In this document: one piece after another, positions 29,805 to 40,584 of the stretch | How positions within the stretch are numbered: position 1 is the first letter of the stretch | Layout of the letters: every line of letters begins with the position of its first letter | Assembly: GCF_000142905.1 (NCBI RefSeq) | Contig: NW_013657664.1 | Span: 462,133 to 526,132, forward strand | Direction of reading: 5' to 3' | Length of the DNA: 64,000 bases | Origin: Thecamonas trahens ATCC 50062 | Taxonomy: Eukaryota; Protista; Apusomonadida | Program-made: the position numbers and the translations under genes | The notes under the pieces: model-generated | Told to the model about the DNA's origin: nothing | Database searches by the model: none | Seen by the model: the letters and a program-made list of their open reading frames with translations, nothing else

Positions 29805-31079
29805 TCACGGGCGCAGGACAATCTTACCGATGTTGGCGTTGGCCTCCATGTGCGAGTGGGCGTCGGCGACGTCGTCGAGAGCGTACACCGAGTCGACAAT
29901 GACCTTGAGAGAGCGGTTGGCCCAGGCGTCGCCGGCAAGGGCGATGAGGCCGGCCACTAGCTCAGCCTTGTACGCCATGGGACGGGTGCGGAGCGTCGAC
30001 CCGGTGATGGTGAGCCGCTTGCGGAGGATGGGCGCGAGCGAGAGCGGGGCGTCGACGACTGCGCCGGAGAGGAAGCCGAGCATGACCATGCGGCCGTCGA
30101 GGGCGAGCGCCTCGAGGTTGCGGGAAAAGTACGCTGAGCCAACGTAGTCGACAACAAGATCGACGCCACGGCCATCGGTTGCAGCCTTGACCTCCTCAAC
30201 AAAGTCGGTGTCCTTGTAGTTGATGGCCACGTCGGCGCCGAGCGAGGAGCACGTCGCGAGCTTGTCGGCCGTCGACGCAGTGACAATGACGTTGGCTCCA
30301 AGGAGCTTAGCAAGCTGGATGGCGGCAGTGCCGACGCCCGACGCGCCGCCGTGGATAAGCAGCGTTTCGCCGGCGCCAAGCTTGCCGATGTACGACACGG
30401 CCTGGAAGGCGGTGAGAAAGGCCTCCGGAAAGCCACCAGCCTCCTCCATCGGCACGTCCTCGGGCACCGGGATCAGCAGCTCCAGCGGAGCAGCGACATA
30501 CTCGGCGTAGCCACCCGAACCAAGGAGCGAACACACGCGGTCGCCAACCGACCACGACGACTCGGCGCCGTTGCTGTTGATGGCCACTATCTCTCCGGCA
30601 ACCTCCAGACCCAGGACGTTTGACTCGCCCTTGGGCGGCGCATACTTGCCCTTGCGCTGCAGCGTGTCCGCTCGGTTCACACCAGCAAACGCAGTCTTGA
30701 TCAGGACAGTACCAGCCTTCAGCGCGGCCACCTCATCTATCACCGGCGTCATGACCGACGGCTCGCCAAACGGCGGCGACCTGACCAGGCGCATGGTCTG
30801 CGGGTAACCTGCAGGAGCAGAAGCAGCAGCACCACCAGAGCCAGCACCAGCAGCAGCCATGACAATGTTGTTTGTTAGCCCAGACACGTGGAAGAGATGA
30901 GTATCCCCAGTCTCGACTCGGCTATCCGTACCGGCTGATGTCCGTTCAGTGCCTGACGATAGAGACGAGGTCGCTCTCGCTCCTGGCCTTCTGTTCCCAT
31001 CCCCATCCACACAACAGACGACAGCCGCCACCAGCACGGCTACTGTCACAAAGACTGCAGCAGTCGTCATCGTCGTCAT
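29805..31079 (-). CDS. NAD(P)H:quinone oxidoreductase, PIG3/zeta-crystallin family; probable in-frame intron 30931-30809
   Basis: AGVNRADTLQRKGKYAPPKGES, LGLEVAG, LIHGGASGVG, TGSTLRTR, MEANANIGKIVL. Confidence 0.9.
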   Translation of the reverse strand: MTTMTTAAVFVTVAVLVAAVVCCVDGDGNRRPGARATSSLSSGTERTSAGTDSRVETGDTHLFHVSGLTNNIVMAAAGAGSGGAAASAPAGYPQTMRLVRSPPFGEPSVMTPVIDEVAALKAGTVLIKTAFAGVNRADTLQRKGKYAPPKGESNVLGLEVAGEIVAINSNGAESSWSVGDRVCSLLGSGGYAEYVAAPLELLIPVPEDVPMEEAGGFPEAFLTAFQAVSYIGKLGAGETLLIHGGASGVGTAAIQLAKLLGANVIVTASTADKLATCSSLGADVAINYKDTDFVEEVKAATDGRGVDLVVDYVGSAYFSRNLEALALDGRMVMLGFLSGAVVDAPLSLAPILRKRLTITGSTLRTRPMAYKAELVAGLIALAGDAWANRSLKVIVDSVYALDDVADAHSHMEANANIGKIVLRP

Positions 31080-31175
31080 AGATGTGGAGAGTCGACTGCT
31101 GCCGTACTCGACCGCTTGTTTCTGCCATGGACCGCAGTCACGATCATGACAACAATGACGACGGGGGCGACGATA

Positions 31176-31209
<34 letters not shown>

Positions 31210-31597
31210 TAGCAACAACAACAGCAACGACGACGACAGCCACCACTAGCACTGGCGCTCGCTATGCAGCACCCGCCCAACCACCGATCGCAGCCATCAT
31301 CGGTGACGATCTGCAGCCTGGCAGTAGCAGCCACCACATGTTGCCATCACACCGCCTCTTCTGAAGCTGATTACCTTGGCTCTACTCATCAACATTTCCC
31401 GTACGAGCCCCGGCCACAAAGTTTGGGATCTATCCGCCAGTCTCTCATCGAATTCAGTGTGTAGTCGGTCGGCGTCGGCAGTCTGGTCGCTGGCTGGTCG
31501 TCGGTTGTCGGGTCATCGCACTGCAGCAAGTGGTACACTCGACTGCAGCTGGTGCGGGGGCAGAGAGCGAGCAAAGCACACATACACACACCACACA

Positions 31598-33041
31598 ATG
31601 GCAGCTCGAGCCAAAGACAACGCCGAGTACCTGGTGGAGCAGACCATTACCAAGCGAGAGCGAGAGCTCCAGCTAGTCAATATGGGTCTCACTAGCCTTC
31701 CTGATGCTATTACCGGTCTTACTCGTGTCAAGCGTATTAATCTCGGTCTCAATGGTACGGGTTCCATGACTATACCCCCCCCCCCCTCTCCCTCTCCTGG
31801 CGAGAGTTTCGGTGGTCAGCGGGCCAACGTTCACCCTCTGCCCTTTTTGCAGAGCAATAACAATTGGGAGAAGGGCATAGAGGGCAAAACCAGTGTGACT
31901 CATGTGGGGCATGGTGTGTGTATGTGTGTGTGTGTGCTTATGTTCTTGTGTGTGCCTGTGTGTGTGTGGTTCGGTCTGTATGGATATGCGCTGTGGTATG
32001 CGGGTAGAGCTCACGTCGCTGCCGGGAGAGCTCGGCAACCTGACGCAGCTGACAAGGTTTGTGGCGGCCGGCAATCGGCTGAAGAGCTTGCCGTTTGAGT
32101 TTGAGAATCTGGTCAACTTGGTGGAGTTGGACTTGTCGTCAAACGAGTTTACCAAGCTCCCCTCGCAGATTGCCGACATGGGCCAGCTGGAGACGCTCAA
32201 GATGGCGGAGAACGCGCTGGACTTGACCTCGGCGCGGGTCCTGGTCCCCACCATGCTCGCCCGTCTCGACTTTGCGCGCAACAGGCTCAAGATTGTTCCG
32301 CGCGATATCGGCACCATCACCACGCTCCGCGAGCTGGTGCTCTCCAACAACGAGCTGAGTGAGTTCCCGGAGGAGGTGCTCGGCCTCAAGAACTTGGAGC
32401 GGCTGATGCTCTCTAACAACACCATCACGGCCGTGCCCGGCGAGATCTCCAAGCTGCGGTCACTGCGGGAGCTCTCGCTCGCGCGGTGCGGCCTCAGCGA
32501 GATTCCGGACACTGTGGGGAACCTCAAGCGGCTTAAGATCCTCATCCTCCGCAACAACGCGCTCACCGAGCTCCCGGCCACGCTCGGCTTCCTCTCGCGG
32601 TGCAAGAAGCTCGACGTCGAGGGCAACGAGCTGACGCAGCTGCCGCGCCAGCTCTCCGGCATGACTGCACTCGAGGAGCTGTACCTGCAGCACAACGGCC
32701 TCACCGAGCTGCCAGCCGACCTGGGCGCGCTCACATCGCTCGTCACCCTCAACGTCGCCGGCAACGCGCTCACCGCCCTCCCGCCGGCCATGCACGCCTG
32801 CGACTCGCTGGCTGTCCTCAACATGGACGACAACCCGCTGAACCCCAAGTTTGAAAAGGTGTTCAACAAGGGCCTCCTCGCCCTTCTCGCCCACCTCAAG
32901 AAGGTCTTTGCCCGCTCCGGCGCACGCTACCCGTCCGCCACCCGCTCGGCCCTCTCCTCTGGCGGCGGCTCTTCTTCAACCTCGCGCAAGGTCACCTTTG
33001 GCTCGGGCGATGACAGTGACGCCAGTTCCTCGCGCAGGTAA
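31598..33041 (+). CDS. Leucine-rich repeat protein (SHOC2/RSU1-type 23-aa LRRs); exons 31598-31754 and 32008-33041
   Basis: About 15 LxxLxLxxNxLxxLPxxIG repeats; phase-1 intron GTACGG...TAG. Confidence 0.88.
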
Positions 33042-33369
33042 TCCTCTCCCTGTACACGTGGGCACACTCCCCCTCACTCCTCCTCTGCCGTTCTCCCACT
33101 GCTCGCGACCTATGGTAATGAACATGTCGGCACCATCGCCTGCCCCGCCCGCCCGCCTTCTCGAGTGGTTTCCTCCAGCGGCCACGGCCACTCGCCCACC
33201 CACCACTACTTCCCCCCCCCCCCCCCCCCCCCCCCTTATCACCACTATGCCACGGGTGGCCCCTACAACTTGCCCTCCACCCCCACCACTCGTCACCCAT
33301 GGCCTGTTGCCTGGCCCGACGTCGTTAGAGGCCGCGGCGCGGACTCAGATCGCCTTTGTTGACGATACC

Positions 33370-36030
33370 ATGAACAACGGCGGCGGGCGGAATAGCGACA
33401 GCGACAACAGGGTACATGCGCTGGATGGCGATGGCAAGGAGGTGGATGGTTTGTCAAGTTTGTCGAGTTCGTCGAGTTCGTCGAGCTCATCGTTGGCTTC
33501 GGACGATACTCTGCTCAACGCGTACCAGCCGCTGCTGGCGGGCGCTTCGGGACACGGACAGATCGGGCTGCAGCGGGCTGATGGCGGCAGAGGTCGTGGC
33601 TTGAGAGGAGGCGTGTCGAGCAAGCAGCGCGCGCCTTCTTCACATAACTCGCTCCTCCCTCTCACACCGCCGTTTGTGAACTCGTCGAGTGGATCACGCG
33701 TGGCGCTGACGGCTGGGCCGGCGAGCCCGAGCACACACACTGTCGGCTCGTGGGCGACGCATGCCGGACTCTCGTCGCTGTATGCGCCGCGCGACCATGG
33801 CGACGTGCATTGGATGTATGCGATTGTGTTGGATGTAGCCAAATGCCAGGCGGCGAGCCGGGCGGCGGCGCGAGGCTCGAGCGGCTCGTCATCGCCGCGG
33901 TCGTCGTCGTCATCGTCGTCGTCCGACTCTGAGTTTGAGACCCGCAAGGACACGATGGCGCAAGTGGCGACCCGCGACGGATTGGTGAGCGCGCTGCAGC
34001 GGGCGGGATGCTCGGTCAAGTCTGGGATGAGCGAGAACGGGAGCGCTGAGTATGTTGTTGTGGGATGCACCATGTCGATGCTGTTTCCGGTGGCGGAGCG
34101 GCTGGGAGTCCAAATCCGGCTGGCATCGCTAGCATCTGTGCTGCGATGGGAGCGGTTCCAGAGCTGCAATGTGAGCCACTACCGGCGTGGGCCGGGAGGT
34201 GATCTGTTTGAGCCGGCGGAGCAAGTCCGGCTGATGCGAGTGCTGCTCGAGACGACGCCCGAGAGCGGCGGGGCGGGCGTGGATCTCACTTCTGACGAGC
34301 GGCCAGACTTTGTGGTCGACGCCTTTCCTCTCCACGACAGCCGGGCTGTGGACGCGCTGATGCGCGATTGGGTCAAGGCGCCGGTCTCGCACGTGACGGA
34401 GCAGCCTCTGGAGGAAATCAAGGAGTACTTTGGGGCCGAGGTCGGCATGTATTTTGCGTTTTTGGGCCACTACGCGCGGTGGCTGGTGGCACCGGCGGTG
34501 GCGTCTGTGTGCGTGGCGATTGCACAGGCACTGACCTGGCACGACTCGCTTGCGGTCCCGATTTACTGCATTCTGCTCATGCTCTGGGTCACACTCATGC
34601 TTGAGTTCTGGAAGCGCGACCGCAACGCACTGCGGTACATGTGGGGCCTGGAGCACTTTGGCGACCACGAGGAAGAGCGGCTGGCGTACCGCGGGGTGCC
34701 GCGGGTCGGCACCTACGTAGACGGGCAGTTTATCTCGCTGCACGGGGTGATGGCAACGCTGCGCAGCGAGCTTGAGGCGAGCCAGCAGTTTGAGTCAGCG
34801 TACACGGTGCGCTACTATCCGGTGTGGCGGCGGCGGCTGACGCAGGTGCTCTCGATGCCGATTGTGGCGTTTTTCCTTGCCCTTGTCCTCATCACCACCA
34901 TATCTGTCCTCATTCTTCGGATCATTCTGGGGCGGGTGGGCCTGTGGGGCGGCGGGTATATTGCCGGCGCCATCAACGCGCTCACCATTTTTGTGCTCAA
35001 CCGGGTGTACGCCTCGGTGGCGCTTATGCTCAACTCATGGGAGAATCACCGGACCGACGCCGAGTTTGAGCGGCATCTCATCAACAAGGTCTTTGCCTTT
35101 CAGTTTGTCAACGCGTACGCCTCACTCTTCTACATTGCGTTTTTCAAGACCTCGAACATCTTTGGCAAGTTCCAGGACAATTGCGCGCGCGACGACTGCG
35201 TCATCGACCTTGGTGTGCAGCTCTTTGCCATCATGACTTCACGGCAGCTGCTCGGGGCGATTGTCGAGTTTGCGATGCCGTGGGCGTACGCGCGCGGGCA
35301 GCAGGCAAGCGCATGGGTGGGCGGGAAGCTTGGCGGGAGCTCGAGCGGGAGCGCGGCAGCAGGAGCAGCGGTCGGCGGGAGCGCGGCAACGCTGCCGCTC
35401 TCGGGCGCGGAGCGGGCGGCGGTCGAGCGCGAGGCGCAGCGGGCGGCGCTGACGCGGACGATCTCACAGTATGCGGAGATTGTGACCCAGCTAGGATATG
35501 TGCTGCTCTTTGCGGCGGCGTTCCCATTGGCGGCGGTCTTTGCGCTTGCCAACAACGTGGTGGAGATCCGGACCGACGCGGTGACGCTGCTCAAGGCGTA
35601 CCAGCGGCCGCTGCCGCACGCGACGTCGGCCATCCAGGATCAGTGGTTTTTCCTGCTGCAGGTCCTCGCGGTGGTGGGCGTCCTCACCAACTGCGCCATC
35701 ATGATGTGGACAAGTAAGTCGATTGCCGAGGCGACCGGGGCCTCGCGCTACGGCCGGCTCCTTATCATTGTGGTCGTCGAGCACATTGTCCTCGCAATCA
35801 TGTTTACAGTCCGATCGCTCATTCCCGACTCACCGGCGTGGGTCACCACTACTGCGCTCCGGTCCCAGTTTGAGCAAGTTCGCGCCTACGAGCGGCTTTG
35901 CCATGCTGAACGCGAGAAGGCTGCGGCTGCGCTCAAGGCGCGCAAGGCGCAGCTGCGGATCAAGTACAAGTCGCGGTATCGCGGCCGCACGCGGGCTGGC
36001 CCCGCACAGCCGGGCGGTGCGCGGTCGTGA
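33370..36030 (+). CDS. Anoctamin/TMEM16 family Ca2+-activated scramblase or channel
   Basis: FPLHD, QPLEEIKEYFGAEVGMYFAFLGHY, LEFWKR, WENHRT, FQFVNAYASLFYIAFF, NNVVEIRTDA. Start codon uncertain. Confidence 0.93.
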   Translation: MNNGGGRNSDSDNRVHALDGDGKEVDGLSSLSSSSSSSSSSLASDDTLLNAYQPLLAGASGHGQIGLQRADGGRGRGLRGGVSSKQRAPSSHNSLLPLTPPFVNSSSGSRVALTAGPASPSTHTVGSWATHAGLSSLYAPRDHGDVHWMYAIVLDVAKCQAASRAAARGSSGSSSPRSSSSSSSSDSEFETRKDTMAQVATRDGLVSALQRAGCSVKSGMSENGSAEYVVVGCTMSMLFPVAERLGVQIRLASLASVLRWERFQSCNVSHYRRGPGGDLFEPAEQVRLMRVLLETTPESGGAGVDLTSDERPDFVVDAFPLHDSRAVDALMRDWVKAPVSHVTEQPLEEIKEYFGAEVGMYFAFLGHYARWLVAPAVASVCVAIAQALTWHDSLAVPIYCILLMLWVTLMLEFWKRDRNALRYMWGLEHFGDHEEERLAYRGVPRVGTYVDGQFISLHGVMATLRSELEASQQFESAYTVRYYPVWRRRLTQVLSMPIVAFFLALVLITTISVLILRIILGRVGLWGGGYIAGAINALTIFVLNRVYASVALMLNSWENHRTDAEFERHLINKVFAFQFVNAYASLFYIAFFKTSNIFGKFQDNCARDDCVIDLGVQLFAIMTSRQLLGAIVEFAMPWAYARGQQASAWVGGKLGGSSSGSAAAGAAVGGSAATLPLSGAERAAVEREAQRAALTRTISQYAEIVTQLGYVLLFAAAFPLAAVFALANNVVEIRTDAVTLLKAYQRPLPHATSAIQDQWFFLLQVLAVVGVLTNCAIMMWTSKSIAEATGASRYGRLLIIVVVEHIVLAIMFTVRSLIPDSPAWVTTTALRSQFEQVRAYERLCHAEREKAAAALKARKAQLRIKYKSRYRGRTRAGPAQPGGARS

Positions 36031-36248
36031 TCCCAGCCTTGATACACCATTTCATTTTAAAAGGCATCGTCGAGCGTGTGTTGTGCAAGGAGGCGAAGAG
36101 CGATGGCAGCCTCGTCTCGTCGAAAGTGGTGCGATAGTGTGGCTGGCGAGAGAGCTCGCGCAGCTCACTTGACACCGATTGGCTCGTGGCAAAGTCGCAG
36201 GGCCTTGTAGCGATCAGTCACGACACCCCTCTCGCGCGCACACTGGGC

Positions 36249-36810
36249 ATGCCCCTCGAGTTTGGGTTCACCCGCGTCTCATGCCGACCGCACTTGTACT
36301 CTGACTCTGTCCGGTTCAAAGATGACGGGAGTATCGAAATGTGGAAGGACCGGTACGTTAAGTCTGGACCCAGTGTGGGGGAGGGTGTGGGTGTGGGTGT
36401 GGGTGTGGGTGTGGGTGTGGGTGTGGGTGTGGGTGTGGGTGAGTGGCGTCCGACCACGCCCCCCCCCTTTGCCCTGGACCTGCAGCCTACCGCCCACGTT
36501 ACCCCCTCCCTTCCTCTCCCTCCCTCCCTCCCTCCCTCCCTCCCTCCCTTCCCTCCACCCATTCCCTTCCTTCCTCTGCTCCCTCTACCCCCGCCTACTC
36601 TCTTGTCCTTCTCCCTTCCCTCCTCTCCCTCCTCCCCCCTCCCCCCCTCCCCCTACCCTCTCCACCTCGGCCATGTCGCCCATGGGCCGGGAGCTGGGGA
36701 GTGGGGAAAAAGGTCGCAGTTGGGCTGTGCATAGCGAGCACTCGAGTATTCTGGCGCGAGTGCGACATGTTGACTGACATGGTTGACATTGTGTGCGTGC
36801 GTGTGCGCGC

Positions 36811-36859
<49 letters not shown>

Positions 36860-38482
36860 GCTATGGTTGTGGCGCCATGTCGGACGGGCAGGGCGGCGTT
36901 CCCGCGGGTGGAGATTCGGGCGACTGGGACGACACTGGAGACACTGGCAGAGCACCACTATCTGGTGTGGGATCTGACGTATGCGGACGGCGGACGGGTG
37001 AAGCTCTGCAAGCGGTGCCCGCGGCCGCCGTACGACCATATCATAGCGTTCCGGTTGGGGCATCCGCCGGCGACGGTGGTGGCGCACGGGTCGGCGTGGG
37101 ACGTGGAGACGATGGCGGCCATGGATGCGACCGAGGTGGTGGCCAGCGGCGTGCATCCGCCGATGCGGTACGGGTCGCTGGAGGCCGAGCCTGCAGATGA
37201 CGACGACTCTGATGAGCCGGGCGTGCGGCGGTTCAAGGTCTCGGCCGGATGCAACTCGCACTTTCACGGCAACAAACGGTTCCGCCTCACGGTGACGCTG
37301 GTGGAGACGGACGAAGGCGGCAAGGTCCTGCGGACCTCGGTCTGCTCCTCGCCGATGATCAAGATTGTGTCCAAATTTCTGGGCAAGAAGAAGAAGAAGT
37401 CGTCGTCGGCGAACAACTCTGCGAGGTCATCCAAGAAGGAGGGGACGGGGTCAGGGAAGAGCGCCACTGAGGCGAGCTCGGTGAACATCGATGCGGCCCG
37501 CAAGCGCGACGCGGCGGCGGCCGAGCTGACTGTGGAGGAGCGGATTGCCAAGATTCCCAAACTCGCAGTGGGCACGAGCGTGCCGAGCGGGTTTTCGGCG
37601 ACACCACCGCTGGTGCCGATGACCCCATTTGACGCGTCGGGGTCAACGATGATGGGAGGACGCGGGACAATTCCGGGGCTCACGCCGCGAATGACGCCCG
37701 GCTCGTCGGGCTCGTCGGGCATGTCCAAGACAGCGACACCGGGCTCTGTCTGCCTCCCGCTCGACGCAAGCATCGACTCGATTGCAGCGATGCCTGCCGG
37801 CTCGCTCCTCCTACAGGGCATCTCGCTCTTTTCGCCGGCCAAGTCGCCGGTCTCGTTTCCGTCGATGAACAGCGCCATGTCGACGCTGCAGTCGTTCCTC
37901 GACAACTCGTCGAGCTCGTTTGATGTCAACCGGCCTGCGGCACAGTTGCCGCGGACGAGCAACCCATCGGACCCACAGAGCCTGTTCGAAGCGCTCGGTC
38001 CGTACAACATCGATGCCCCGATTTCCCAGCAGGCGCTGCCGTCGCTGTTCTCCGGGGCGGATCGCACAGTGGAAAATGGCGTGTCGGACTTGGGGTCGTC
38101 GCCCGCTCCGCGCGCGCCGCCCGGCGCTGTGCCGGGCGGCAGCGAGGTGGCGACGTCTGTTGATCGCATTCTCTCGTGCGCGCAACTCTTCCACACCCTC
38201 TCGTCGTCGGCGCAGCGCAAGTTTCTCCGCACCATTTGCGCCTCGTTTCCCGAGTACACGCTTGTGGAGGAGGATCCAGTCCATTCGGTCGTCTGCATCG
38301 AGTCGACACCGTCGACACCGACCTCGGCCGCGCCTACGCCAGCGTCCGCGGCGCCTCTGACGGCTGCGGGTGGCATTGCGCCCAATTCTGCCTTTGGCGA
38401 GCCAGTGTCGGCCTCGACATCGGCGCCGGCGGCGGTGCCTGCGTCGAGCAAGCCAAGGTCGTCGCAGCCGACCACAGCATAA
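36249..38482 (+). CDS. Putative transcription factor with a p53/SPT23/CudA-like Ig-fold DNA-binding domain; exons 36249-36352 and 36892-38482
   Basis: CKRC...GCNSHFHGNKRFRLTVTL...CSSPMIKIVSK, then a poly-Lys NLS and a Ser/Pro-rich tail. Phase-2 intron GTACGT...CAG. Confidence 0.6.
36381..36440. repeat. (GGGTGT)n intronic repeat
   Basis: About 10 tandem GGGTGT units. Confidence 0.9.
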
Positions 38483-38610
38483 ACGTTAACGGTACAGTCG
38501 CTCGGACGCATTGCCGCGCGTCTTTAAGTACACAACTCGAAAATGCGATGGGCACATTTGTCCATTGGGTACAGAGGGATGGGATAAATGGTGGTGGTGA
38601 AGTGCGGTAT

Positions 38611-38638
38611 TTTTTGGCGCGGGTGGTGGCGCCAAAAA
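38611..38638. promoter_or_regulatory. Inverted pair of E2F-like TTTTTGGCGC sites
   Basis: TTTTTGGCGC-N8-GCGCCAAAAA, about 145 bp upstream of the TRF-like ATG. Confidence 0.4.
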
Positions 38639-38781
38639 GGTGCCAGCGGTAGCAACAAGGACGGGCAGCGAGCATCGAGGCGACGACGACCTCTGGCGGA
38701 CGGGCGAGGGGAGAGAAGCCGGGAGAGCAAGAGGCACTTCACGTGGACGTACGTGCTGAAGACAGGCTTGTAGCGTCAGAC

Positions 38782-40584
38782 ATGGGCGACGAACACGAGA
38801 AGAATGAGATGATGACTACCGACCTTGTGCTTGACTGGATTGTCGAGTATGCGGTGGCCTACGGACTCGACGTCCTTGTCCAAGCCGTGCTACCGGCTGG
38901 AGGCGAGCCGGAGCTTGCGGCGAGGGTCACGCCCAAGACCCGCAGCATGCTGCAAGTGCACATTCTGGACAAGATGGTGCGGTCGGGCGAGTGGGCGTCT
39001 GCGCTGGAGATGTTTGACAAGGTTGTGCCCGACGATTGGGACCGGAGCAGCGAGTCGGCCTACGCCGCCTTTCATCTGGAGCTCCGCCTCCAGGCCGTGC
39101 TTGCTCCGCTCCGCTCGCCGCGGTGGTCGCCAAAGAAGGCCAAGGCTACGCTTCGCCAGGTCCTCGATGAAAAGGTAGATGATGCGCTGCGCACGCAGCT
39201 GTACGAGCTGATGAGGCTCGGATCGAACGCGCCCGAGATGATCGCCTTTCTCGACAACGAGCACCCGGTCGAGGCTGTCCTCAACGGGCTGGCCGACTTC
39301 TTCATGCCGATGATCAGCGATCGCACCCCGCGGCCGTTCCTGGAGCGCATTGCTGCCGAAGTGGTCGAGGGCTCGGTGAGCCTCGACGACGCCGCGGCCA
39401 TGGCGTCGGCGGCGCTGGGTGCGCGGACCGAGGCCGGGTCGTCATCCCAGGCCAAGACGCCCAAGGGCAAGGAGGAGAAGGGCAAGGTAGACAAAGGAAA
39501 GACGGCCAAGGGCAAGGCGGGCAAGGGAAAGACGCCCAAGGGCAAGGAGGAGAAGGGCAAGACGGCCAAGGGCAAGACGCCGAAGAACAAGACGTCCAAG
39601 GGTAAGACGTCCAAGGGCAAGAGCGGCACCACGGGTAAGAAGGCAGTGGCGAGCAAGGTGGCCGACGACGACCTGGTGATTTCGATGGCGGAGCTCGAAG
39701 AGCTTGCCGGCGGCGAGTCCGAGCTGGTGAAGCTGATTGAGGCCGAGGAGCGTGGGCTGGTGCTCACGCCACGGCGGACGGTCGCGGCAGAGATGTCTTC
39801 CGACTCGGACTCGAGCTCGAGCTGGGGCGCGCGGAGTTCGTACGAGAGCAGCTCGTACGACGACGACGACGACGACGAGGCGACGCAGGCACCGACGCGG
39901 GGCTTGCGGAGCAGCGCGCACAAGAAGACCCAGGCAGCGATTTCGCAGCTTGGCAAGGCGTCGGCGGCGTTGCTGTCCAAGGTCGACGACCCGCTCGATG
40001 CCATTCTGGCCAAGAGCAGCGAAGCTTCGCCGGCGCAGGCGACGCGCAAGCGCCGACGCAGCGGCGCCAAGGCGACGGCTGTGGCCAACATGTTCAGCTC
40101 ATCCGACTCTGACTCGAGCAGTGCGGTGGAGACGCCTTCGCGGCGGAAGCCGCGGGCGACGGCCTCGAGCAAGAGCAAGAAGCCGGCGAGGAGCGAGCGG
40201 GCCAAGAGCAAGGGCGTGGTGGTGGCGTGGACCGATTCGGACGACGAGGTCTCCGACGTTGACGACGGCGTCTCGCTCCCGCCGGCCAAGTCGCGCAAGA
40301 TTGAGATCTCGTCGACGCCGAGCCGGCGGCCCAGGCGCTTGTCCAAGAGCCAGGCCATTGCCGCGCTCACGCCGCCGAACAAGGGCCGCGTGTCCAAGGC
40401 TTCGATCTCGGCCCGCAAGCGCCGACGCTGGACCGACGACGAGATCAAGTGGCTCATCGAGGGCGTGGCCCAGTTTGGCCACGGCAACTGGGCCGCCATC
40501 CTCGCCGCCTTTCCCTTTACTGGCCGCACCAATGTCAACCTCAAGGACAAGTGGCGGACGCTCGAGAAGCAGCGGAACCTGTAG
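38782..40584 (+). CDS. Telomeric repeat-binding factor-like protein (C-terminal telobox Myb, N-terminal TRFH-like helical domain)
   Basis: RKRRRWTDDEIKWLIEGVAQFGHGNWAAIL...GRTNVNLKDKWRTL at the extreme C-terminus. Confidence 0.82.
   Translation: MGDEHEKNEMMTTDLVLDWIVEYAVAYGLDVLVQAVLPAGGEPELAARVTPKTRSMLQVHILDKMVRSGEWASALEMFDKVVPDDWDRSSESAYAAFHLELRLQAVLAPLRSPRWSPKKAKATLRQVLDEKVDDALRTQLYELMRLGSNAPEMIAFLDNEHPVEAVLNGLADFFMPMISDRTPRPFLERIAAEVVEGSVSLDDAAAMASAALGARTEAGSSSQAKTPKGKEEKGKVDKGKTAKGKAGKGKTPKGKEEKGKTAKGKTPKNKTSKGKTSKGKSGTTGKKAVASKVADDDLVISMAELEELAGGESELVKLIEAEERGLVLTPRRTVAAEMSSDSDSSSSWGARSSYESSSYDDDDDDEATQAPTRGLRSSAHKKTQAAISQLGKASAALLSKVDDPLDAILAKSSEASPAQATRKRRRSGAKATAVANMFSSSDSDSSSAVETPSRRKPRATASSKSKKPARSERAKSKGVVVAWTDSDDEVSDVDDGVSLPPAKSRKIEISSTPSRRPRRLSKSQAIAALTPPNKGRVSKASISARKRRRWTDDEIKWLIEGVAQFGHGNWAAILAAFPFTGRTNVNLKDKWRTLEKQRNL

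Noticed and set aside
36381-36440. Interstitial telomere
   Set aside because: The unit is GGGTGT, not TTAGGG-like; it is short and intronic.
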